Assembly (NCBI GenBank): GCA_001643675.2
Contig: LSRY02000005.1
Span: 124,001 to 188,000, forward strand
DNA: 64,000 bases
Reading direction: 5' to 3'
Source of the DNA: Monocercomonoides exilis PA203
Lineage: Eukaryota; Protista; Preaxostyla
In this document: positions 1 to 12,369 of the stretch, one piece after another
Numbering within the stretch: the first letter of the stretch is position 1
Layout of the letters: every line of letters starts with the position of its first letter
The notes under the pieces: model-generated
The model's database searches: none
What the model was told of the DNA's origin: nothing
What the model saw: the letters and a program-made list of their open reading frames with translations, nothing else
Translations under genes and position numbers: made by a program

Positions 1-199
1 GGGTCTATTTCTATTTCGTGCACGCTCCAAGATGAAATAAAATAAATCGATCCAATTGTGGCATGAGATTTTTGGGATGAGTGAATGAAGGAGAAAATGA
101 CTGTGGAAGAGACTCATTAACAAAAAAAAGTGAAATGGAAAAGAGCATCAATAAATAACTGTTTTTGCTTTCCTGAGGGTTTTGAACATGAAAGAGCAA

Positions 200-679
200 C
201 TAAAGGATTCGAACGAAAGGCAATGATTTTCAACGATACTCAAAATCTGAAATGGCAATAATGCAATTGAAATTGTTGGTTCGTCTTTTGTTTGACAATG
301 GCTTGACAGATTGAAGTTGAACTTGACTTTCTGGCTTGGATACATTATTTTTCACTTAAAAACAATTGTTTACAATAAAATTGAAGATCGAAAGGTTTTT
401 ACGAAGGAAGAGAAGATAGTTATGGGCAATTATTTTAGGAACTAAATACTCTCGCGCTGTTGAAAAGAGAGACTGCAAAAGTTGCACAAAGTTTTTTCAA
501 CTCCCACATTCATTTTCAAACTTTTTTTGCTCAGTTTTTCAATATTTGCATGTGCTCTTCGTTTGATGCTTTGAGTGATTGTTGTTTGTTTCTTCTTTTG
601 AGCCAAAATCATGCAAACAAGCAACCAGGAAAGACAAAACAGCAAAAACAACTCTTGGAAGCACTTTTCTCAAAAGCAT
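200..679 (-). pseudogene. Possible decayed 5' end of a secreted/membrane-protein gene
   Basis: ATG near 679 gives MLLRKVLPRVVFAVLSFLVACLHDFGSKEETN..., a signal-peptide-like start that stops after ~46 codons. Downstream frames are fragmented. Confidence 0.2.
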
Positions 680-717
680 GTTTTTGATTGGTCAGAAAAC
701 CATTCATTATTCTCATT

Positions 718-718
<1 letters not shown>

Positions 719-748
<30 letters not shown>

Positions 749-750
749 AA
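719..750. repeat. (AAAT)n microsatellite
   Basis: About 8 tandem AAAT units read directly. Confidence 0.9.
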
Positions 751-1147
751 GAAAAAATGAAGAAAACGAAATGAATTGAATCACATAATCGAATTCTCAC
801 GCTCAACCAAGAGCAAAACCTGACAATAAACTCAAAGGCAAAAAAATGGAGCAAGCATTATTCAGAAAGTGCTTGAAATGAATTTCCACAAACTGAAATA
901 ATATGTCTCCCATTCGGTTCAAACAGCATTTGCACAGCTTTTCCAAAGCTCGGATTGAACTCCGCTCGATCTTTCCGAAAGAGCAATGGATTGCATGCTC
1001 AATACTTCCACAAGCATCGAAATATTACCGTTTTCAGAGGAGCCGTTTTCTGATCAGAAAAGATCTTCCAACCTCGTTTGGATCTCTTTCATTGGCAAAC
1101 GCCGTTTGTGCTTTTTGAAGAAGATGCAGTTGAAGCCATTCGCACAC

Positions 1148-4100
1148 TCACAATGATATGAGCGAGCTGCTTGAATCAGGGATCTGCGAGTTGCACTCAG
1201 ATGGCATCTGGCAATCAACTGCATCAGCAATGGTCATGACCATTGCTCCTTCTGGAAAGTGCTGGATGAACTCCTTCTTCAAATCAGTGAGTGCCGGCCG
1301 ATCGTTTGGCTGCTGGCACAATGTGCATCTCACTGCGTTGCTCAAAGACGAGTTTTCAACAGCCTCTGGCTTTGGCTTTTCTCCGTTCACAATCTTCTGC
1401 CCTGCCACCTCTGCTGGATACTCCCCAAACGGGATCTGCAGTGTCAAGCACTCCCACAGCATCATCCCAATCGAAAAGGCAACTGATTCCTTTGTTGCCT
1501 CCATTTTCTTGTTCATCAGCAGTTCTGGTGCCTTCCACCTCAAGCACTCTTTTTTGAAGTCATCCTCATCCTCAAATGCTGATGAGGGAAGTGATTCATC
1601 ATCGTCATCGTCAGTTGCAGACGTTGCAACTATTGACGAAGAGATGGATGAAGAATCTGAGTCATCATCGGACAATAAATCTGAGTGCATCACAATGCAG
1701 ATTACCATATGCTCAGAGAATAAAACAATGTGCGGACTGAGATTGGAAAGAGAAGAAAGAGGATTTTCCATTTCATCAAATGAATGCAGTGCGAGATTGG
1801 CCACCCAGAACATAATTTGGGAAGCTGTTTGTTCTCTTTCTTTCAGTGAGCCAATTGCCATCTCCTTCTTGGCATTCCTTCCGTGCAACAGCATGAACAG
1901 CGAATCCCTCAAGTCCACAATCAATTTTTCATGAGGCGATGAACAGGCCATCGCATCCACCAGATTCGACATCGACGAGGTGGTTGGACACATGCTCTCT
2001 GGTCGGATAAAAGTGGAATCTGAATCTGTCGTTGAAGTGGATGAGATTGATGGAGATGGTGTTCGCTTTCTTGACTCTTCCTCTTCTTTCTCATCAACCT
2101 TCTCCAGCATCCATTCTGGGATCTTGTCTGAATCTTTCCCCAGAATATATTCTGTTGATCCACTCTCACTCAATAAATGCTCTGATGACTCAGAGTGTCC
2201 CAAGCTTTTCTCATACACCCTCTTTTTGATCCTCTCTTCATTCTTCTTCTCTGCTTCCTTCTCTGCTCTCCTCCATTGCTCCTCTGGAGACATCTCCATT
2301 GTTACCATCTCAAATGCCTTCGGATCCTTTTTGATATTATCATTCACAATCTCTTCCAATTCTTCTGTTCTTCTCTCCGACTTTCTCCATCGAACTGCCA
2401 GAATGATAGATACAACAAGAACAATCAAGAACAACACAGCAAATATCACAATCACAATCAACGCCCATGATGATTTTTCTTCTTTTCCACTTTCAACTAT
2501 CCTTTCATCTCCTTTTGGTGGAGTAATGCTCGCATTCTTCAAAACGAATGACTGTGTTAAAGATGGGGATTCTGTATTTCCAAACAGAATGCACACGCTC
2601 ACCTCTGCATTTGCGTCTGCTGTTCTCACAATTCCAGATTCAATTGCAACATTGACTTCCTCTTCGCTCGCAAAGCCAGAGTCGGGTATTTCATGAGTCT
2701 CGACTTGCTCAACATCTCCGATGGAGGAAGTCACCCGAAACGACAGGTTGCACGGCAGAAGAAGTGCTCCTCTGAACACAACGTTCAAAAGCTCTTCGTT
2801 CTGTTCTGATGTGGCAGATCGAAGAATTGGGATAAACAGTGGTGATGCTCGCTCCTCAGCAATCCCCTTCAAGATGCATCCATCATTCAGTATCCACAAT
2901 GACGAATTATCCTTCACACCATCTCCTCCCTTCAGACTCATGATATTCAGCTCAGAAGAATCAGAGCATATTATGTTTCTTCTTGCTGATGGAAAGCCTC
3001 GAATCGTCAAGCTATTGAATGCAAAGAAGCCTGAGTCTATCTTCACCTCTCCTCCCTTCACAGACAGCCCACCCAATGATGAGTTTGAAACTGACACATC
3101 TTTCATGCTCACAACGCTCTCTTCAACATCCACAACAGAGCCATTCCATCTGCATATTTCATCTCTCTCAAATCCCTCTTTTTCTTTCATTTGTTCATTT
3201 TCCTCAAGAGCACCCACAAATGTGCATGAGTCCAATATTAAACTCGTGCACCTGCAAAAAGAGGCTTCAATCCCCCGAGTGCTTCTTGACTCACATTCTG
3301 CAAACGAACAGTTTTGCAACACAATCTTCCCTTCTCCATCTTCACATTCCACTCCGCACGCTCCTTCACTTGTTCTGCTGATGTTGCTGAACTTCGATAA
3401 CATCACATCCATTCTTTTCTCATCACCTCTCAGCTGCTTCCTCCTCTTCTCATCTCGTAACATTCCATTATTCTCATTTCCTCTTTCTCTCAACATATTG
3501 ACAGCAGGCCCATTCTCAATCCTCACATCCATCACATCAAGTTCCTTCACATTCATCTCTCCATTCCTCATGCAAATCAACCCATTCCTGCTCTCACCTT
3601 TCTTCACCACAACTTCTGATAACTTCACCTCACACTCGACACATTCAACAAGCGAAGCACATGCAAACTGTGAAACAATTAATCCGGCTATTGTGACTGA
3701 CGATCTTTCTCCATGCATCAGCGTTGGCATTCTGCACACATTGCATCCTTCAGCTGGCTTCACGCAACATTCACTCATTGAAAGTGTCCCCTCCTCCACA
3801 CAAAATATCTGCTCGTGTTCTGTTGGAAAGACTTCTGGAATCTCAAAGCTGATTCTCTCCACACTCACATTCCCCTTGCACTCAACTACGCAACCCTTCT
3901 CTTTCCTCTCCAATCTGCTCATCTCGACTGTTGCCCTGCTTCCCTTTGCCAGCAGTGTGAGATTCTCCAGCTTGATCTCTGTTTCCACTTCACTTGCTTC
4001 ATCCACCACAACTCGCGTTCCATACTCGTGCACAATGTGCGTCAGCCCATATCCCAGCGTTTCACAGCACTTGTCTTCTTTCCCACACTGTCTGTTGTTC

Positions 4101-7100
4101 TCCCCGCCTTTTGCTCCTCCAGAGCTCACAAAGATCGTTGATGACTGATATTTCGTGATGAATGGAATCAAATCTGTATCTTCCCTGTGATCTGTTGTGT
4201 CTGATCCTGATATCATGTGTGCCTGCCCAGAAATGCCTCTCAAATCCATCACAAATTGTGTTTCGTTGATCTGTGAAGAGATGTTGTGGCAAGCAACAAA
4301 AATGTGCCTCCCAATATATGCTGTGTTCCCTTCAAACTTATCTCCCTCAAACACAAAGTCCAACACCTCGTCAATCTCTGCCCCAACAAACACACCTCCT
4401 CCTCTCCCACTGATCCCAGAGCATCCACACTGCACCACGCTGCATTCACTCACACGGAGCCAGCCCCCAGCGCTCATCTGCCAACACATCCCTCCTCCTT
4501 TTGTGCTTCTTCCGCATTTGCACCCCTCCACTTTCGTTCCATTCACCTCTGCCCCAACACTCACCTCTCCCTCGCTCTTCACCACAACCGCATCACTCCC
4601 TTCTCCATCCACCCACCCAATGCTCGAGTTCGCAATCCCAATCCCTGCCTCTTGATCGTCAATATTCCCTTTTCTTTCATCTGCTTCCATCCCAACTCTC
4701 ACACATATCAATGCTCCACTTTTCACTTTGCATCCTTCCACTTTCAGTTCTTCCACAACGCATCTGCACCCGCTCTCAACAACAAACATTCCATTGCACA
4801 CACTTTCACTTTCCATCTCAATTCCCTTTCCCTTCAACTCTCCTTTGATCATGTGGACAAAAACAATCTCTCCAACAAATTCATTCTCTTCAATGCTCAA
4901 TGCGCATCTTGTGAGTGACAGAACTCCTTCATTGTTTGCCATTATTGCTGTCTTCAAGCATTCTTCATCCTTCACAACTTCAAATCGGATCCCTTCAAAT
5001 CCCGCATTCTTGCTGTTCGCCAGTCCCACACCTTCCATCCTCTGCTTCACTTCAACAACAATTGTTGCCTTCGCATCCCCCTCAATCATTGTTCCTCCAT
5101 GTGCCTCGATCTTTATTCCAGACACATCAAGTCTATCGTCAATTTTCGTCTTCTCCATAATCTCGATCATTCTCTCTTCTTCACAATCCTCAACATGCAT
5201 CAGTCCTTGCCACAAGCTCATGCATGGATCTTCAATGCTCCCACAACTCATCACATCATATCCGTCTTCTGCCACATGCACAATTCTGCCCTTGAACAGA
5301 ATAACAAACCGTAACAAATCAGTATCTGTGAACACACTATCATTTCCCACAAATCCATTTCTATCATTGCTCCAGTTCCCAACATCAAACAAGAACGAAT
5401 TAACACTCACACAACTGTTCAGCTTCGATGCAAATATGAACATGTTTCTTCCAACAGCTGCTTTATTCACTTCCATCTCGCATCCCTCACCAAATATGAA
5501 CGGAGTCTCTGCCTCGTTTCCCCTGCAGTCCATCCACAAAAACCCTCCTTTCCCTCCCTCTCCATCGCATCTGCATGTTTTCATCTTTGTGTTGTTCATT
5601 CTCATCTCTTTGCCATTCTCAATCACCACTCTCATCACTCCTCCTTCTCCTGAAACGGTTCTTCTGCATTCTGAAAATGTGCATCCATCAACCACAACAC
5701 TGCACTGAAATGCAAATCCTGTCTCTGTCATATCCATCATTGACATCTCACATTCACTTATCCTCACAACTCCACCCTCTGCAGCTATTATTGCATATTC
5801 CCTCACCCCAGTCCCATCCCCCACAAATGTGCATTTCTCAATCTCCACAACAGCCTCTTCTTCGCCTCCTGCTGTTGATCTTGACAGAATTACAACATCT
5901 ATATCATGCACAAACTCGACTGGCAGCCCTATCTCCATCCCTCTCAACAGCATGCTTGCTGTATTTCCAAGAACAGAGCTGCCTTTTTCTCCTTCAATCA
6001 CCGATTTCACTGTCAGTCTCGCACTTTCCGCTCCTTCATTCTTCACAATCTCAAACATGCTCACATCGAACTTGTCTTCGATCTCAACAGCTCCACTCAC
6101 ATTCAGTGTCTTCTTCCCTCTCCATTGCTTTGCATTCTTGTATCCTCTCAAAAGTGTCTTGCACGGATACTCTTCGCTCCCACATCCAATAACATCAACA
6201 CCAGTCCTGCACACATCCACTACACCTCCCACATATTCCTTCAGAAACAGATCCAATGAAGCAGCTCTTTCTTTGAAATATCCTCTGTCAATCCCTTCCA
6301 TCTCCACGCTCTCCCCTTCTCTCCCTCTGATATCCACAAATTTCTCCTTCACAACTCCCACAACCAGATCGTCACACTCCACAAAAACATCCTTCCCTTC
6401 TGCTGCACTGTTCCCTCCAAACTCAATATCATTCAGCACAAAGTCGTTCTTCGATCCTGCACATCCAATAAGGAATATCCCTCCTCCTCTTCCTTGTGCA
6501 GAACATCCATTCACTTTCCATCCATCCAATTTAAACTCTGATGCAACACCAAGCTCCACCTTTATCCCACCTCCGCTGCTCTCTTCTTCACTCACAGAAC
6601 ATCCACTCATCGTGCAATTCCTCCCTTCCATCTTTATCCCATTTCCTCCTCCAAAAGCAAAGCATCCCCCATCCCCTGTTCTTCGTTTTATCCCAGCAAC
6701 ACTCACATTCTCCATCTCCACGTTCCAGCTTCCGCTCCATTTCCCAAATCCACTTTCGCATCCTTCCTTTCCCTCAAACTCGCAATTGTGAATATGGCTC
6801 TTTCCACTCGATGATACCACCACAATCCCATCAACACCTGTTGATCCAACACCCTTGCACATAACGCCATCCATCTCCAACTCTCCTTCACCTTTCACTG
6901 ACAGCATCCCATTTTCACCAAAGATCACATGCTTTCCCTCCACAATCTCGCAATTCCTCATCACCAGTTTCCCTCCAGTCACTCGAACATACTCATAATC
7001 CACAGCAGTCACCCCTTCCATCATCTTCATTTTGTTATTCTCCATTGAAAGCGTTTTGTCCATCACCTCAACAAACGCCTCTCTTCCACAGAGCGACTCC

Positions 7101-10100
7101 TTCAGAACCAGCGTCATCTTTATAATTTGTGTGTCAGCTGAAAGCATGAGAAGTGCATCCTGTTGCTTTTCAGTATCTGTCCCAACAACGATTTCACCCC
7201 ACTCGTTCACTGTGTCAAACACAAAATGACCACCTTCGATAACTGCCTCGCCATCGAGCTTATATCCTTCTCTCATCCGAATTCTGTGCTCTTCTGCTGA
7301 TCCGACTGCATCAATCGCTCCTTTGATTGTCCGGCATGCAAACATTTCACATCCACATCTGCTGAAATCATGCACACCATCTTCGCTTCCCACAATTGTT
7401 GGCACGCTTACTTCTCTCAAATACACCACAAGAGCTATCACTAGCTTTTCATTTGCGGTGCTCCTCTCAAACCCACTCAGCTCATCATACACATCCATAT
7501 TCGGCTGAAATTCAATTGTTGTTGTGTTTATCACCTTCTGCAAATCATCTGCACTCACAAACATGTTCTTCCCAGCTCTCGCCTCACAATTCGAAAATCC
7601 AACATTTTTCACCACAAAATCTCTCATCCCCTCGCAGACATATAAATACACTCCTCCTCCATATCCTCCTCCTCCATTCCCTCTTGTTTCTGATCCTCCT
7701 GCACTGCATGACTCAAACATCGTCTTCTCATCAGAACCAGTCATGTTCCCAATCCCCACTCTGCTTCCCATCTTCATCTCCAACCACAATGCCCCACCGC
7801 TCCCACTCAGACACTTGCAACCTTCAAATGAAATACCATTCAACTCCATCACCTTTCCATTTTCCACAACTCCACAAAACGCACTTCCATCTCCTTCGCT
7901 TCGTTCAATCTCCAAAAATGTGCTCGCTTCAATCCTTGCAGTTCCAGCTGCACCAATTCTCACCAGCTCCAGTTTGCTCTTCATCCATTTCATTGAAACA
8001 TTGTTGCATATCAACTCTCCATCGCCAATCTCAATGGCACTCTTCTCAAACACTTCCGCTTGCTCATCCTCTTCTGCACTTCTTTCACTCCTCAACACTG
8101 CATCTCGAAGCTCTGCCACTCCTGCCCTTCCTTCAATCTTGAGCAGATGCGATCCTTTCCACAATCCAGAATTGTGAACCAGGCATATCTTTTCAACGAT
8201 CAGCTTTCCACTTGTGATCTTCATCCCAGCACCTCCCTCAGCTCTTGGCTCCATGCTTGTCGAACTTGCCCCACTGCCTTCAAACTTCATCCACATTGCA
8301 TTCACCGCCAGCTCAGTATCCCCATATACGCCTTTGCCAAACACAAACTCTTGCATTTCTCTCCTCACATCAGACATCCACAGTGAATGGTTCAATGTTT
8401 TGCAAGGTCTGTCAGCTGTGCCACATATCCACTCATCTGTTCCATTTCCACCGTTTGCATGCACTTTTCCAACAAACAATGGAATCCAGTCATCACTTGC
8501 TGACCCTCCTTCAATCACTACTCTTCGACCTGTCAAATTCGATGATAGAGATCGACATCCAACAAAGCAATTGAAGTTTATCACGCTCGCATATTTGGAT
8601 GAAGCATAGAAATCGTGTCCTTCTTTTGCTGTGTTGTTATCAAAAAGACAATATTCAATTGAGAATTCGTTCGCATAGTTGTCAGAGTAAATATTGAATG
8701 TTATACCACCTCCATTCACCTGAGATGCAGTATTATTTTTGAAAAGGCAATTCGTGATTGTTGCTGGATTTGATCCAAGCTCTTCAAGAGCACCTCCATT
8801 TAAATTTCCCGTCGTTGTTCCGTTCACAAAGCAACATGAATCAAAAAGTGAAGACTGACCATTTCTGAAGTGAGCACAATTTCCTCCTTTGGAATCCAAG
8901 CATGAAGAAAAGTTCAATCCAACATATGTTCCTTTTGCAGCATTTAGAAATGTCGCACCTCCTGTTGTTTGATTTGACCAACAAAAAGAAAATGAGCAAT
9001 TTACCATATTCTGCTTCCCTTGATTCAGAAGAATTGCTCCATCTGCCACTGAACTCCAACATCTCTTAAAAAGAGAAAATAAAATCACAAAAGACGAAAA
9101 TGATTATCGAAGAACATTAACAAAGTCAAATTAAAAAAAAAAAATGGGCATACCACAAAATCACAACGAACAATTGTTGCCGATCCACTTGAAATATGAT
9201 TAATTGCACCACCATTGCTTCCAGTCAAATCTGTGAAAATGCAATCAACAAATTCAATATCATCATTTCTGTTTGTGCATCTTGTTGCAATGACTGTTTT
9301 TGTGCTTTTCTCAAATGTGCTGTTGAAAGCCCCAAACATTCCACTCTGTGTAATCAGTCCTTCAAATATGCTTCCATAATATGCATTGTCCACAGAAGAA
9401 AACTGGCTGTTTGTCACAAAGCATTTTCCTCCAATCATATTTCTTTTCAAGCTTTGTGGACAAACATTTTGTTCAACATTTGAATGCGAAACATTCTCGA
9501 ATGCACATCCACTCACAAACACTCTCTGTGCATCAGAGCTTCCAACAAATGGTTGGGTTCCATCAACGCAGAATGAGGAGAAATGGCAGAAATTCAATTC
9601 CAAAGATGAAAAGTCTTCAAACCAGTTTTTTGTTCTCCCGTCATGCTGAATGCAAGGCACAAAAGACTTTGATTTCTCAGGAGCAAGCGAAACATTTGAA
9701 AAAACTGTTCTTCCTCCAAAACTCTCCACAATCCACTTCGTTTGGCTTTTTTCAATGAAAATTTGGCAATCTTCGATTCTTGCACTTGAGAGTGAATCAA
9801 CAAGAAATAAACTGTTTCTGTTTGACTGGCAAAGATTCATCGCTCTTAATCCTATCGATGAGTTCTTTTTTTCAAAGCATCCATGAATGAAAGTTTTCTC
9901 TTTTATCAATTTCTCGTTTTCACAATAATCTTTAATGTTCTGTGTTTTCTTCATCAAATCTGATTGAGAAAAGTTTTCGAAGTTCTGCAGGAAAGACGTC
10001 AATTTGTGTTTTGAAAATTGTTGTTCTTTCATTTGTTCATCTTTCGGTTGAACGATGGTATCAATATTTTCTGCATTTTCATCTGTGTATGAGCCAAATA

Positions 10101-10137
10101 AATGATGAAAAAAGCAGATTAGCACAATTATCAGCAT
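1148..10137 (-). CDS. Giant type-I membrane receptor-like protein (~2,966 aa): signal peptide, repeated beta-helix-like/Cys modules, one TM helix, C-terminal degenerate TKL/tyrosine-kinase-like (pseudokinase) domain
   Basis: ORFs 9085..10137 and 1148..9088 join in phase 0 across an 89-nt GT-AG intron at 9153..9065 (GTATGC...TTTAAG). The N-terminus is hydrophobic (MLIIVLICFFHHLFG). There are five CGxxxxxCx(T/S)(L/I) modules plus GGG/GGA-x-hydrophobic and FxxN motifs. TM helix: WALIVIVIFAVLFLIVLVVSIILAV. Kinase C-lobe motifs are present (LRWKAPELL, AFSIGMMLWECLTLQIPF, RP), but I see no GxGxxG, VAIK, HRD or DFG. Confidence 0.85.
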
Positions 10138-10584
10138 GCAGGAGAAAAATGAATAAATGAAAATAAATAATTATGGGAATGAAAGATAAAAATTAGTTCT
10201 TCATAAAAATGCTTTTAATAAGAAGCATTAAAATGTTATATCTCAATAATAATTGAAAATGCACTTGTATATTTAAAGAAAAAATTAATGACAAAAATTT
10301 CCTTTTTTATCACAATGAATAAAAAATTGAAAAAAAGTGGAAAATTTTTTTCACAAAATTCTGTTTATTCTGACAAACGTGAGGGTGATCTCTTGAAATG
10401 AACTATTTTCTATTATTTTTAATAATTAAAATATATCAAAATATTTATACTTCAAAAAAACATTTTTGTCACATTTAAATATGGATTTCATGGAAAAAAA
10501 TTTAACAAACTTCTTGATTTTTGAAAATTCAACTTTTAAAAGGATTTCTTTGTTTGTTGAATTTTTTTCATTTTCAGTCTATTA

Positions 10585-10612
10585 TTTTATTTATTTATTT
10601 ATTTATTTATTT
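10585..10612. repeat. (TTTA)n microsatellite
   Basis: Tandem TTTA/ATTT units read directly. Confidence 0.8.
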
Positions 10613-10792
10613 AAAATGAAGCTTTGTTAATAGAGAAAATTGACAATCGTTCTCAAAATTTCAGCTTGGATAATAAATAGTTTTTAATTTCAAAAAGAAA
10701 ACAGTTATTTATTTTGTTCATTCTCAAAGAAATTATTACATTATCATTTGTTGTATTTGAACGGACCTTATGATAAAAATTTTATTAAATTT

Positions 10793-11640
10793 TTCATTTT
10801 GTTTAATTATCAGGTGAAGATGAAAAATGTATACTTTCATCAAAATTTCATTCAAACTAACCAAAATTTTCCAACAGAGAAACAAATGTTCAACAATGTC
10901 ATTCTTTTCTTATTGATTAAATTTTGTAAGTTGGAATATAAATTTTATGAAAATATCTAAAATTTTTTGAAAAGTTCCTTTTGTTTAATTTTCAAAAAAA
11001 AAAATATCATATTTCGATCAAATTTCTGTTTTCAGTCACCAGATTTCATGAGAATTATTATAATATCATTATCATAATTTAATTTTCTTAACAGAAAAAT
11101 TTGGTCAATTTGAACAGAAATTTGATCGAAATATGATATTTTTATTTTTTTTTGAAAAAAAAAAGGAACTCTTCAAAAAAATTTAGACAAATATAGTTAG
11201 TGTTAATAATCGTGGACACTTTCAATAACTGTGGACAGTGGCTTTATCTCAACAACCATCAAAAGTTGCTTTTTAATAATTAACCCAATTATTCATTAAA
11301 TGAATATGAACTTATATGAATTGTTTCAATCACACATACACCACAAAAAATATTTATAAAAAGATTTTTTTGTTTTCGGAGAAATTCGGAGAATCTTATT
11401 TCTCCGAGTTTCTCCGAAAATATAAAATGTTTTTTTCAAAATTCTGCAGAGCAAGTTGTTAAATTTTTGTTTGACTTATAAGTTCATATTCATTGAGGGA
11501 ATAATTGGGTTAATTGTCAAAAAGCAACTTTCAACGGTTGCTGAGATAAAGCCACTGTCCACAGTTATTGAAAGTGTCCACCGTTATTAACACTAACTAT
11601 ATTCAAACTTCATCTTCTTCTGACAATTAAACAAAATGAA
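10793..11640. mobile_element. Older foldback/MITE-like element (family A, copy 1), interrupted by a nested MITE
   Basis: Inner arms 10956-11030 and 11113-11187 are inverted repeats. Outer arms 10793-10824 and 11609-11640 are inverted repeats (32 nt, 3 mismatches). The right arm is split by the 11191-11602 insertion. Confidence 0.7.
11191..11602. mobile_element. MITE (non-autonomous DNA transposon) with 126-bp terminal inverted repeats and TA (or ATAT) target-site duplication
   Basis: 11191-11316 vs reverse complement of 11477-11602: 115/126 identical by my manual alignment, no indels. Ends read ATAT-AGTTAGTG...CACTAACT-ATAT. A central hairpin lies at 11373-11393/11400-11420 (1 mismatch). No ORF. 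Confidence 0.88.
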
Positions 11641-12369
11641 TAATTCAAAAAAAAAAAATTTATGATGTATTCAATTAGGGTTTTGGTAAACCATTATTAA
11701 TAAAAATTTGAGTCTAAAAATATGACACTTCAAGCTTTTTCATTGAAAAATTACGCTCTGTGGATAAACTTTTTTATGATAAAAATACAAAAATAAAATG
11801 GGTTCATTTTTTGAAATATGTGTGAGGGCACAATGTTTTATGTGACAACAAAAATGATGTTTATTCACGGATAAAAGGAACCAATTTATTTTGTAACCTG
11901 AGAAAGTTTTGAAAAGTTATGAGCGAACAAAGTTTTTTGAAAAGAATAAAAAAAGTTTGAAAGCTTGTATTTTGCTGCTTTTTTTTTTGAACCAATTAAA
12001 ATTTGAAAAGAAAGAAAGAAAATAATCGAAACCCAATGAATAAAAACACTTTAAAAATGAAAACGAGAAATGAATGTTCAAAAAATAAACATAACTATTT
12101 TTCTGTTAAAGAAATATATTGATAGAAAATTCTAAATTCGAGATATAAAACTGCAAAAAAAAAAATATTTTTTTTATGTTAGATTATAATTAAAAAATAT
12201 CAAAACAAATGATTCTAATCAAATTTATATTTAATGTTGATATCAAAACAAAAACATCACTCTTTTCAAATCGCGCTTCAAACCTTGAAAAACTGCCATT
12301 ATTACCTTTTCCTGGATATAAAAAACTGTTGTAGGTACAAATTCGAATCATTTCAAGAATTATTTCAAC

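Noticed and set aside
1158-8609. Many long + strand ORFs (up to 475 aa) opposite the receptor gene
   Set aside because: These are Ser/Pro/Phe-rich antisense shadows caused by the purine-biased coding strand, with no recognisable motifs.
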